DNA from: a bacterium
Lineage (GTDB): Bacteria > Patescibacteriota > Minisyncoccia > Phycocordibacterales > Phycocordibacteraceae
Reading direction: 5' to 3'
Length of the DNA: 53,851 nt
Assembly: GCA_021802705.1 (NCBI GenBank)
Contig: JAJZRL010000006.1
Location: forward strand, 1-53,851
Part shown: one piece after another, positions 9,137 through 17,518 of the stretch
How the letters are laid out: the number at the start of each line of letters is the position of its first letter
Position numbering within the stretch: the stretch's first letter is position 1
The notes under the pieces: generated by a model
What the model was told of the DNA's origin: nothing
The model's database searches: none
What the model saw: only the letters and a program-made list of their open reading frames with translations
Position numbers and translations under genes: made by a program

Positions 9137-10419
9137 ACCGGTTCGTGCGAAGTGATAAGGAAATACCAGTCGGAGACATTCGCTTGTACCGGTCCCGTGA
9201 TTATCTCGTCTCCTGTCTTTGCGAAGACAGACAGGGCGTCGGCGTGCGCGCGGGCGGCAGAGAAGTCTATCTGCAAAGCCGTTCCGCGCTCCAGCGTGCT
9301 CTTGCCGACTATGGCTCCGGCTCTGTCGCTGTTGTCGCTGCCGTCGGACGCTGCCGCGACGAAAACGTCTTGCGGGCCGAGAGAGGACAGACTATCGAGC
9401 GCAAGCATCTCGCAACGCCCGCCGTTTCCATGATCCTTCGGGACACGCACGCGGACTTCGCCTCCCGCAAAGACCGCCCGGCCCGGCTTGGCGTGCGCGC
9501 GTATGCTTTCGAGCGTCTCTTCCGCAGACGCATAGAGCGGCTCCGCGATAACGATGCTCTCATAACCCATGGTACGGGCGATTTCCGCCATGTGCTCTCG
9601 CGAATCTTCATTCGAGACAAGGACGATGTTCGTCACTCTCTCAAAGTATTTCTGTTCCTTCGGCGTTTCTTCGAGCGTGAATGTTCCGCCAAGCCCGTAC
9701 CGCTCAAGGATGGCGTTCGCGTCTTCAGCGGTCGAAGTGTCGCGGTAAGTGGGTCCGGAAGCGACTTCCTCGGGATGTCCGCCGACGATATCGGAAAAGA
9801 TAAGCCCGATTACGGTCGCGGGGTAGAGCGCGCGAGCCAGTCTGCCTCCCTTGAGGCTTGAGAGGTGTTTACGGACCGTATTCATTTCCTGGATCGTCGC
9901 CCCGACCTCTTCACATTTTTCAAAGAGCCGCATCTCCTGGTCGCGCTCTTCGAGGGAAGCGCAGAGCAGCGCGGACCCTCCTCCGCCGACAACGACGAGC
10001 ACCAGATCGTCTTCGCCCGCGTCTTCCGCGAGACCGAGGACGACCTTCGTCGCATCCACGTTCGCTTCTGACGGAAGAGGGTGCGTTCCGACGAATGCCT
10101 CGACTTCCGCCGGACAGGTCGTCAGCACCGTCTTGTCAATGACGACGCTCTTCTTGATCCGGGCTTTGAGGAGGGAATACAGTTCCGATACCGCCGCGCA
10201 AGAGCCTTTCCCGAATCCGACGAGGAATACGTTTTTAAACGGTTTCAGGTCGAAAGAGCGCTCTCTTATCGTCAAGGAAGCGCCCGAGACGGACACTTTC
10301 GTTCGCAGCACTTCCGCCGGATCGATCGAGTCGTATCCGGCCTCGAGGATGCGGAGCGCATCTCTCCGCACGCCGCTGGTCGCAAGCGCGTCAAAATTCT
10401 TGATCCAGTGCGGCCGCAT
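9133..10419 (-). CDS. Glycerate 2-kinase (MOFRL/TtuD-GckA family)
   Basis: GFGKG, HPLP, GGGGSALL, RKHLSSLKGGRLA, SDIVG, ASGPT, GGE, GGR, SDG, TGP..ANVSD. Confidence 0.88.
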   Translation of the reverse strand: MRPHWIKNFDALATSGVRRDALRILEAGYDSIDPAEVLRTKVSVSGASLTIRERSFDLKPFKNVFLVGFGKGSCAAVSELYSLLKARIKKSVVIDKTVLTTCPAEVEAFVGTHPLPSEANVDATKVVLGLAEDAGEDDLVLVVVGGGGSALLCASLEERDQEMRLFEKCEEVGATIQEMNTVRKHLSSLKGGRLARALYPATVIGLIFSDIVGGHPEEVASGPTYRDTSTAEDANAILERYGLGGTFTLEETPKEQKYFERVTNIVLVSNEDSREHMAEIARTMGYESIVIAEPLYASAEETLESIRAHAKPGRAVFAGGEVRVRVPKDHGNGGRCEMLALDSLSSLGPQDVFVAAASDGSDNSDRAGAIVGKSTLERGTALQIDFSAARAHADALSVFAKTGDEIITGPVQANVSDWYFLITSHEPV

Positions 10420-10431
10420 AGGCTTCGGAGC

Positions 10432-11439
10432 TTAAGAAGCGCCGAGAGGAGTCGTGACGGTTCCCAGATACTTCTCGATCTCCTGTACCGCTTTCGAGAC
10501 GCGATCCTGATCAGCCTCTCTTGAATGGAAGGCGATGTGCGGCGTTACTATCACGTTCGGCATGTCCATCAGCATGCGGTCGCCGAGAAGCGGTCGCAGG
10601 TCGTGTCCTTCGGGGACGTCAAGCAGTCCGTTCTTATCCGCCGTGTGAAGCTCATGCTCTCCTTCAAGGACATCAAGACCCGCTCCGGCGATGCGTCCGC
10701 TCTTTAGAGCGTCGACGAGCGCGATGGTATCGACGACTTCGCCCCGCGCGGTATTTATGAGGATGACTCCCTTTTTCATCACCTCGAAAATGGATGCGTC
10801 GATGAGATGGTGGGTCTCCGGAAGGTAGGGGACATGGAGCGTAATGACGTCAGCTTTTGCCGCAAGCTCGGGAAGCGGCAGGTACGAGAAACCGAGCGCA
10901 GTGGCGCGTTCCTGATCCGGATGCACGTCGAAGGCGACGATGTTCATACCGAATCCCCGCGCGACCTCGATGACGTGCGTCCCGATGCGTCCCGTTCCGA
11001 CGACGCCGAGCGTCTTTCCGCAGAGATCGAATCCCTGGAACGCTTTTACGTCGAAAATCCCGCGTTCCCGGACCTGGTCGGCCGAGAACATGATGTTTCG
11101 GGAAAGGTTCAATAAGAGCCCGAACGTAAACTCGGCGACGGCATTGACGCCGTATCCCGGAACGCTCGCGACCGTGATGCCGCGTTCCTTCGCGTATGCC
11201 ATATCGATATGATCGACGCCGGTTGATTCCGTAACGATAAGCTTGACGTTCGGAAGCGCGTCAAGCACCTCTTTCGAAACGTCGCAATCGACGAACACGG
11301 AGATAATATCGGCGTCATGCGCCATGTGAGCCGTCGCAAGAGAAAGCGGTTCCGGAATGAAGGTAAGCTCATGACCATTAAAAGCACGGGTGAAAAATTC
11401 TTCGGTGTCTTTGAACGAGCTGAATCGTGTTATGTGCAT
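10432..11439 (-). CDS. D-isomer-specific 2-hydroxyacid dehydrogenase (D-lactate/glycerate dehydrogenase family)
   Basis: STGVDHID, AVAE, GTGRIG, INTARG, GLDVLEGE, TPHIAF; start at 11439 or 11448. Confidence 0.92.
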   Translation of the reverse strand: MHITRFSSFKDTEEFFTRAFNGHELTFIPEPLSLATAHMAHDADIISVFVDCDVSKEVLDALPNVKLIVTESTGVDHIDMAYAKERGITVASVPGYGVNAVAEFTFGLLLNLSRNIMFSADQVRERGIFDVKAFQGFDLCGKTLGVVGTGRIGTHVIEVARGFGMNIVAFDVHPDQERATALGFSYLPLPELAAKADVITLHVPYLPETHHLIDASIFEVMKKGVILINTARGEVVDTIALVDALKSGRIAGAGLDVLEGEHELHTADKNGLLDVPEGHDLRPLLGDRMLMDMPNVIVTPHIAFHSREADQDRVSKAVQEIEKYLGTVTTPLGAS

Positions 11440-11534
11440 ATACGTCATAGTATATATCAGATGCGAGCGGGGTAGTCGGCGCGAAATACGGCCAGTCATG
11501 CATAAATGGGGATTATCGCAGGTCTCGCCTGTGT

Positions 11535-11568
11535 AAAAAAAGGCGCGGGAGCCAGAGGCCACCCGCGC
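11535..11568 (-). terminator. Intrinsic terminator after the 11592-11840 ORF
   Basis: Minus strand GCGCGGG..CCCGCGC followed by CTTTTTTT. Confidence 0.75.
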
Positions 11569-11591
11569 AAAGCTCGCGCACTGCTCTTCCA

Positions 11592-11840
11592 CTACTCGTG
11601 TAAGATGATTCCGTCCGGGAATTCGCCGTCCTCGCCCTCGGGCGAGAGGATGTGCTCGTTACTTTGGTAGCGAGCTTCTAACAGCTCTTCGGCGCGTTCC
11701 GCCGCACGAAAATCTTTTAACTGTTGTTCTTCGTGCCGTTTCTCCGCTGACGCTTTCGCGCCTTTTTTGCCCATTCTGACCAGGGCATCGCGGTCATGGT
11801 TTAGCCGTGCACGCTGTACGTTAAAAGGTTTTTCCAACAT
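11592..11840 (-). CDS. Small hypothetical protein (helical, MGKKG motif)
   Basis: GGAGG SD before ATG at 11840, own terminator. Confidence 0.6.
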   Translation of the reverse strand: MLEKPFNVQRARLNHDRDALVRMGKKGAKASAEKRHEEQQLKDFRAAERAEELLEARYQSNEHILSPEGEDGEFPDGIILHE

Positions 11841-11878
11841 GGCGCCTCCAGGAATCAAGGACCCGCATTCATTAAACA

Positions 11879-12343
11879 TTAATTCTGTTCCAAAAGCAAG
11901 TTATCCACAACAGCTTTCACATCTTCCCCATCGGCCTTTCCGCGAAGCTCTTTCATGAGCGAACCCATGAATTTTCCCATTTCCGCTCTTGAGGTGACCC
12001 CTGACTCTTTCAGTTTTGCCTGTGCGAACGACGCAATCTCTTCACGGCTCATGCGGGCGGGGAGATAGGACTCTATAATGGCGAGCTCGGCCTTTTCCGG
12101 CTCGGCGAGATCCTCGCGATGCGCGCTCTCGAACTGGCTGATAGCGTCTTTGCGCTGGTTTGCCGCGCGTCTGATGACCACGACCGCTTCTTCGTCGGTC
12201 AGGAATTCGTCGGGCTTACGTTTTTTTGCGACGACTTCGTTTGTGAGAGCAGTGACAAGCGAACGAAGCGTCCGCAGCCGCACTTCATCTTTCGCTCGTA
12301 AGGCGTCGGGGATCGATTTTTTCAGCGTTTCGTGGATGGACAT
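11879..12343 (-). CDS. GatB/YqeY domain protein
   Basis: ALRAKDEVRLRTLR, QRKDAISQF..REDLAEPEKAELAIIESYLP, MGKFMG..KADG. Confidence 0.92.
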   Translation of the reverse strand: MSIHETLKKSIPDALRAKDEVRLRTLRSLVTALTNEVVAKKRKPDEFLTDEEAVVVIRRAANQRKDAISQFESAHREDLAEPEKAELAIIESYLPARMSREEIASFAQAKLKESGVTSRAEMGKFMGSLMKELRGKADGEDVKAVVDNLLLEQN

Positions 12344-12350
12344 AGAGCAG

Positions 12351-12358
12351 AGTATACT
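12351..12358. promoter_or_regulatory. Palindromic bidirectional -10 element (AGTATACT) between yqeY and rmuC
   Basis: TATACT on both strands, exactly 7 nt from each divergent ATG (12343 and 12366). Confidence 0.7.
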
Positions 12359-12365
12359 ACACACG

Positions 12366-13406
12366 ATGAGCATCCTCGCAGTCGCCCTCCTTATCGTGGT
12401 GTTATTCCTCGTACAAGGCGTCGGTCTTTACCTCATACTGCGCCGCTCTCCCCACGAGGAGGGCGGCATGGTGCTTTTGCAACGGCAGATGCAAGAGCTC
12501 GCCCGTACGCTCGACGAGCGCGTCTCGGAATCGTCTAAAGCGATGCAAGAAAACGCATACCGTCAGTTTTCAGAATCCGCGCGCCTCATCAAAGAGATAA
12601 CCCAGGAAGTAACATCGGTGAAAGAGATCGGTCGCCAGACCCAAGGGTTCGCCGAGCAGCTGCAGAACCTTCAGGACATCTTGAAAAATCCGAAACAGCG
12701 CGGCATCCTCGGCGAGTATTACCTTGAGACCGTTTTGAAAAACGTGCTTCCGCCGGGGATGTATCGCATGCAGTACCCGTTCAAGAACGGGGAGATCGTC
12801 GACGCGGCTGTATTCGTGAATGAGAAGATAGTGCCGGTCGATTCAAAGTTTTCGCTCGAAAACTACAACCGGTTCATCCAGGCAAGCGAAGGCGAGCGCG
12901 ACTCTTTCGAAAAGGCATTCGTGAACGACCTCAAGCAGCGTATCCAGGAAACCGCGAAATACATCCGTCCGGAGGAGGGGACGATGGATTTCGCCTTCAT
13001 GTTCATCCCTTCCGAAGGGATCTATTATGATCTCCTTACCAATCAGGTAGGCGCCGGAGAGGACGAGAATCTCATCCAACGGGCCGCGAGCAAGCATAAG
13101 GTGATCATCGTTTCGCCGACATCCTTTCTCGCTTATCTCCAGACGGTGCTGCAGGGACTCAAAGCCCTCCAGATAGAACAGAAGGCGACCGAGATCCAGC
13201 AACGGGTCGGAGAGCTCGGGAAGCACGTGAGCGCCTGGCAGGAGCTCTACCGCAAACTTGGCGGCGCTCTCGGCACCACGGTTTCGCACTATAACAGCGG
13301 GTACAAGGAGCTTCGGAAGATCGATAAGGATGTCTACCGTATCGCCGATACGAAAATCGGGATCGAACCGGAGCTTCTTGAGAAGCCATCGGCAGAGCTT
13401 GACTGA
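12366..13406 (+). CDS. rmuC: DNA recombination protein RmuC
   Basis: N-terminal TM, coiled coil, KQRGILGE, VDSKF, KYIRP..TMDFAFMFIPSEG, VSPTS. Confidence 0.92.
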   Translation: MSILAVALLIVVLFLVQGVGLYLILRRSPHEEGGMVLLQRQMQELARTLDERVSESSKAMQENAYRQFSESARLIKEITQEVTSVKEIGRQTQGFAEQLQNLQDILKNPKQRGILGEYYLETVLKNVLPPGMYRMQYPFKNGEIVDAAVFVNEKIVPVDSKFSLENYNRFIQASEGERDSFEKAFVNDLKQRIQETAKYIRPEEGTMDFAFMFIPSEGIYYDLLTNQVGAGEDENLIQRAASKHKVIIVSPTSFLAYLQTVLQGLKALQIEQKATEIQQRVGELGKHVSAWQELYRKLGGALGTTVSHYNSGYKELRKIDKDVYRIADTKIGIEPELLEKPSAELD

Positions 13407-13477
13407 GTCTCCTGAGTGTTGTACATAAAACCCCAGAGATCCTCAGAGTGAGGTTCTTGTTCTTGGGAGGAATCGAA

Positions 13478-13768
13478 ATGGACGCGGAATTATTCCGAAA
13501 CACTGTCGCTCTCATCGGGTTCGGTGCCGGAGCTGTCGTCATGGTCATGTTCGGTATGAAGGAGAACGCCTGGAGGAGGTTCATCGCTTTCAGCATCGGG
13601 TCATTCTTTTTCGCGGCGTTCCTGTTTGCTTGTTTCACCATGGCTCAAAAGTATGCAGAAAGGGGCACCGCGGAGATCCTCTTGCCGAAAGACAGGGAGA
13701 TCGTAAGCGGGAGGCTCATACGCACGCATTCGGTCGTACAGCGAGAAAAGACGCTTCTTGAGATCTAG
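13478..13768 (+). CDS. Hypothetical two-TM membrane protein
   Basis: GGAGG SD before ATG 13478; two hydrophobic segments; hairpin plus T-run at about 13788-13814. Confidence 0.6.
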   Translation: MDAELFRNTVALIGFGAGAVVMVMFGMKENAWRRFIAFSIGSFFFAAFLFACFTMAQKYAERGTAEILLPKDREIVSGRLIRTHSVVQREKTLLEI

Positions 13769-13843
13769 CCTGTTCGGGCTTCGGGCTCCGCTTTCTAGCG
13801 GGGCCTTGTTTTTTATGAATGAACGTGCTAGTATATAACCACT

Positions 13844-14161
13844 ATGGAAGTGGCCGTAATCAAGACCGGCGGTAAGCAATATGTCGTCTCGAAAGGCGAC
13901 TCTATTTCGATAGAAAAGCTCCCCGGGGATTTGAAAAAAGGCGATACGGTTGTCTTTGACGAGGTACTCCTCGTTGATAACGGTTCGGACACGACCATCG
14001 GAGCGCCTACCATCAAAGGCGCTGAAGTCAAAGGTACCGTTGTCCTCGTCGGAAAAGAGAAGAAAATCGATGTCGTGAAGTACAAGCCGAAGAGCCGATA
14101 CTACAAACGTCGCGGCCATCGCCAGCCGATTCTCAAAGTTAAAATTGATAGCATTTCTTAA
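13844..14161 (+). CDS. rplU: 50S ribosomal protein L21
   Basis: AVIKTGGKQY, GHRQP. Confidence 0.97.
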   Translation: MEVAVIKTGGKQYVVSKGDSISIEKLPGDLKKGDTVVFDEVLLVDNGSDTTIGAPTIKGAEVKGTVVLVGKEKKIDVVKYKPKSRYYKRRGHRQPILKVKIDSIS

Positions 14162-14228
14162 ATTTAATTCTTAACAGACGGATGAGAGCCTCCGGAGGAG
14201 GCCTTCGTCCGCGTTGAGGTATCACTAT

Positions 14229-15542
14229 ATGCAAATAGGAAGATGGAATCATCAGACGTCCGGCGGATCGTCCGGCGAACATTCGCGCTCACCGTACCCG
14301 TCTCGATACAAGGGTAGGGGGGGCACGCGTTATTCCGGTACTCGCGATAGGAACCGGCCCTCAGACCGTTATAGCTCAAGCGGCCGCGGACACGCGTCTC
14401 CCCACCGGCGAGGATTCGGCGCCTTCGGCGAAACGGAAGCCGAAATCGAGAAGTTCATGAATAAATCTTTCGTGACGGCTGAAGAGCCGGCGTATGTCCC
14501 CGAGCATAAATTCTCCGACTTCGACGTAGACGATCGGTTGAAGAAAAATATCGCCACCAAAGGCTACGAGCTTCCGACGCCTATCCAGGACAAAGCCATT
14601 CCTCACATCTTGCTCGATAAGGACGTGGTCGGACTCGCCGAAACCGGTACGGGGAAGACGGCGGCCTTTCTCGTACCGCTTATCGATAAGATCATGAAGC
14701 GTCCACAGGAGCGCGTCTTGGTGATGGCACCGACGCGTGAGCTCGCTGTCCAGATCGAGAGAGAGCTCGCGGGGTTCGCAAAGGGTCTCGGATTCCGGGG
14801 CATGGTCGCCGTCGGCGGCGCGAACATCGCCCCGCAGATATCGGCGCTCCGGCATGTTCCGGCTTTCGTTATCGGTACGCCCGGACGTCTCAAGGATCTC
14901 ATGGAGCGTAAAGCGCTCGATCTTTCCGGTTTTGGCACCGTCGTTTTGGACGAAGCCGACCGTATGCTCGACATGGGCTTCATCGACGATATGCGCTTCA
15001 TCCTCTCTCATATGCGGCATGAGCGGCACACGCTCTTCTTTTCGGCGACGATGTCGAAGGAGATCGAACGGCTCATCGGCGATTTCCTTTCGGATCCGGT
15101 CATCATTTCCGTCAAGGCTCGCGATACGTCGAGGAATGTCGAGCAGGACGTCGTCCGCATCCCGCGCAGCGCCGATAAGTTCGAAACGCTCGCCCAGATG
15201 CTCGAAGGGAGCGAGTTCAGCCGGGTGCTCGTTTTCGGACGTACGAAATTCGGCGTCGAGAAGCTCGCTAAAGAGCTTTCTCGTCGGCACATCCATGCCG
15301 AAAGCATCCACGGCAATAAGACGCACTCCGCACGGACGCGCGCGCTCGAAGCGTTTAAGCGGGGAAGCGTAAGCGTGCTCGTGGCGACCGATGTCGCCGC
15401 GCGCGGCCTCGACATACCCTCCGTTTCGCATGTCATCAATTACGACCTCCCTTCGACGTACGAAGACTACGTCCACCGTATCGGCCGCACCGGCCGGGCT
15501 GCAAACAAGGGGAAGGCGTTGACGTTCGTTCGGGAGCGCTAA
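14229..15542 (+). CDS. DEAD-box RNA helicase with R/G/S-rich N-terminal tail
   Basis: Q motif PTPIQ, AETGTGKT, PTRELA, TPGR, DEAD, SAT, ARGLD, HRIGRTGR. Confidence 0.95.
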   Translation: MQIGRWNHQTSGGSSGEHSRSPYPSRYKGRGGTRYSGTRDRNRPSDRYSSSGRGHASPHRRGFGAFGETEAEIEKFMNKSFVTAEEPAYVPEHKFSDFDVDDRLKKNIATKGYELPTPIQDKAIPHILLDKDVVGLAETGTGKTAAFLVPLIDKIMKRPQERVLVMAPTRELAVQIERELAGFAKGLGFRGMVAVGGANIAPQISALRHVPAFVIGTPGRLKDLMERKALDLSGFGTVVLDEADRMLDMGFIDDMRFILSHMRHERHTLFFSATMSKEIERLIGDFLSDPVIISVKARDTSRNVEQDVVRIPRSADKFETLAQMLEGSEFSRVLVFGRTKFGVEKLAKELSRRHIHAESIHGNKTHSARTRALEAFKRGSVSVLVATDVAARGLDIPSVSHVINYDLPSTYEDYVHRIGRTGRAANKGKALTFVRER

Positions 15543-16141
15543 GCCTCTCTGCGGTTGTTGAGCGCCGCGCGGAGCGTTTCGGCGTCAGAATATTCGAGTT
15601 CGCTGCCGGTCGCAAGCCCGCGGCCGAGCACCGAGACCGCCATGCGTCCGCGATATGGCGCGAAGATTTCGCGTATGCGGTCGGCGGTATGTTCGCCTTC
15701 GCTCGTCGCCGAAAGGGCGAGGATCACCTCCTTCAATCCCTCCTCCAAGCGCTTGTCGATCGCCTGCAGCAATTCTTTTTCGCGGAAGGACCCTTTTCCT
15801 GAGAGCGTGAGCACGCCGCCCAGCACGAAATAGCGGCCCGTATAGGTTCCGGCCCGTTCGACGGCGAGAAGATCCTGGTCTTTCTCGACGAGCATCAGTT
15901 GGGTATCGTCGCGGTTCTTATCGGAACAGTATCCGCATACGGCATCCGCGGTGCCGTTATGGAAGCGCAGGCACCGGGGGCATTGGCGAGCGTTCGTATC
16001 GAGCGCCGCGATGAGTTTCGCAAGCTTCGCCCTTTCGGAAGCCGGCGCTGCAAGGAGGTGGAAAACGAAACGTTTCCCCTGGCGCGGACCGACACCGGGT
16101 AAGCGGGTAAAGGCGAGCGCGAGTTCGTCAATGTGGTCCAT
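15539..16141 (-). CDS. recR: Recombination mediator RecR
   Basis: LPGVGPRQG HhH, C4 zinc finger, TOPRIM EGEHTA, ELEYSDAETL. Confidence 0.93.
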   Translation of the reverse strand: MDHIDELALAFTRLPGVGPRQGKRFVFHLLAAPASERAKLAKLIAALDTNARQCPRCLRFHNGTADAVCGYCSDKNRDDTQLMLVEKDQDLLAVERAGTYTGRYFVLGGVLTLSGKGSFREKELLQAIDKRLEEGLKEVILALSATSEGEHTADRIREIFAPYRGRMAVSVLGRGLATGSELEYSDAETLRAALNNRREA

Positions 16142-16145
16142 GCGG

Positions 16146-17504
16146 TTAAAATTCTGCTGCAAGCTCCCCGTAGCCCGACGTATCGATCGGTTGGAACGTG
16201 GCGCGTTTTTCATCGAAGTAGAGTTCGGCTGATCCGGTCGGCCCGTTTCGATGCTTTTCGATGAGGATTTCCGCGATGTTCTGCCTCTCGCTCTCGGGAT
16301 TACGCTTGTCATCGCGGTGGATGAACATCACGACATCCGCATCTTGTTCTATGGAGCCCGAATCGCGCAGGTCCGAGAGACGCGGCTTGCCGCCGCGCTG
16401 CTCGACCGCACGGGAAAGCTGGGAAAGCGCGATGACCGGGACGGAAATCTCGCGTGCGAGCGATTTGAGCGAGCGGGATATCTCGGTTACCTGCTGGACG
16501 AGCGAGTCGGATGCCTTTGTCGACGTCGGGGACATGAGCTGGAGATAGTCGACAATGATGAGACCGATGCCGCGTTCCCGCTTGAGCCTTCGGGCGACCG
16601 CACGCATGGCGAGGATGTTATTCCCCGGCTTATCATCGATGAAAATGGGGGCTTTCGAGAGCGATTCGAGCGCATCCCGGATACGGCCGAAATCCTCTTC
16701 TTCTTTTATCTGGCCGGTCCGAAGCTTCCACGAATTGACGAACGATTCGGCGGCGAGCATGCGGTCGATGAGCTGTTCCGAGCTCATTTCGAGAGAAAAG
16801 ATACCGACAGGGACATTGTGCCGCACGGCGGCATTCCGCGCGATATCAAGCGCGAGCGATGTTTTTCCCATCGAAGGACGGGCGGCTATGATGACGAGGT
16901 CTGAAGGATGGAAACCTGAAAGGAGATTGTCGAGGGCAGGGAAGCCTGAAGGGACGCCCCGGATACCGTCCTCTTTTTTCGAAAGCGCTTCGATACGGTC
17001 CCACACGTCATGGATCTTGTCGCCGATCGCGGTGAACTTGTGGGCGGTAGAAGCATTGCTTATGGCGTAAATGCTTTTCTCGGCCTCGTCGAGCACCTCC
17101 ATGGTGTCGCGCGCGTCGTCGTATGCGGATTCGGTGATGTGGTAGGCGGTATCGATGAGAGAACGCAACAAGAACTTACGGGAGACGAGTTCGGCATAGT
17201 GCGAAAAGTTTCCCGGGGTCGGAGCCGATCCGGCAAGCTCGGCGAGATAACTGCGGCCGCCGGAGCGTTCAAGGAGTCCCTGGTCCTGCATCCGTTCGGA
17301 GAGCGAGAGGAGGTCGATCGGTTCGCTCCGTTCGGTAAGTTCGCGCATGGCGGCAAAGATGAGCCGGTGTTTTTCCGCATAGAAAGAATCCGGACCGACG
17401 ATATCGGACACATCGTATATGGCGTCCGGCTTGAGGAGGAGCGCGCCAAGCAGTGCCCGTTCGGATTCGAGTGATTGCGGAGGGACGCGGTCGACGGCAG
17501 ACAT
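16146..17504 (-). CDS. dnaB: Replicative DNA helicase DnaB
   Basis: AARPSMGKT, FSLEMS, IVDYLQL, SQLSR, DLRDSGSIEQDAD, KHRNGPTG; no intein. Confidence 0.98.
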   Translation of the reverse strand: MSAVDRVPPQSLESERALLGALLLKPDAIYDVSDIVGPDSFYAEKHRLIFAAMRELTERSEPIDLLSLSERMQDQGLLERSGGRSYLAELAGSAPTPGNFSHYAELVSRKFLLRSLIDTAYHITESAYDDARDTMEVLDEAEKSIYAISNASTAHKFTAIGDKIHDVWDRIEALSKKEDGIRGVPSGFPALDNLLSGFHPSDLVIIAARPSMGKTSLALDIARNAAVRHNVPVGIFSLEMSSEQLIDRMLAAESFVNSWKLRTGQIKEEEDFGRIRDALESLSKAPIFIDDKPGNNILAMRAVARRLKRERGIGLIIVDYLQLMSPTSTKASDSLVQQVTEISRSLKSLAREISVPVIALSQLSRAVEQRGGKPRLSDLRDSGSIEQDADVVMFIHRDDKRNPESERQNIAEILIEKHRNGPTGSAELYFDEKRATFQPIDTSGYGELAAEF

Positions 17505-17518
17505 CACTCGAAATTGTA

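Noticed and set aside
11901-11909. Perfect DnaA box TTATCCACA (plus weaker matches near 17569-17578)
   Set aside because: Isolated and inside coding sequence (VVDN, VDD codons); no cluster or AT-rich unwinding element, so not oriC
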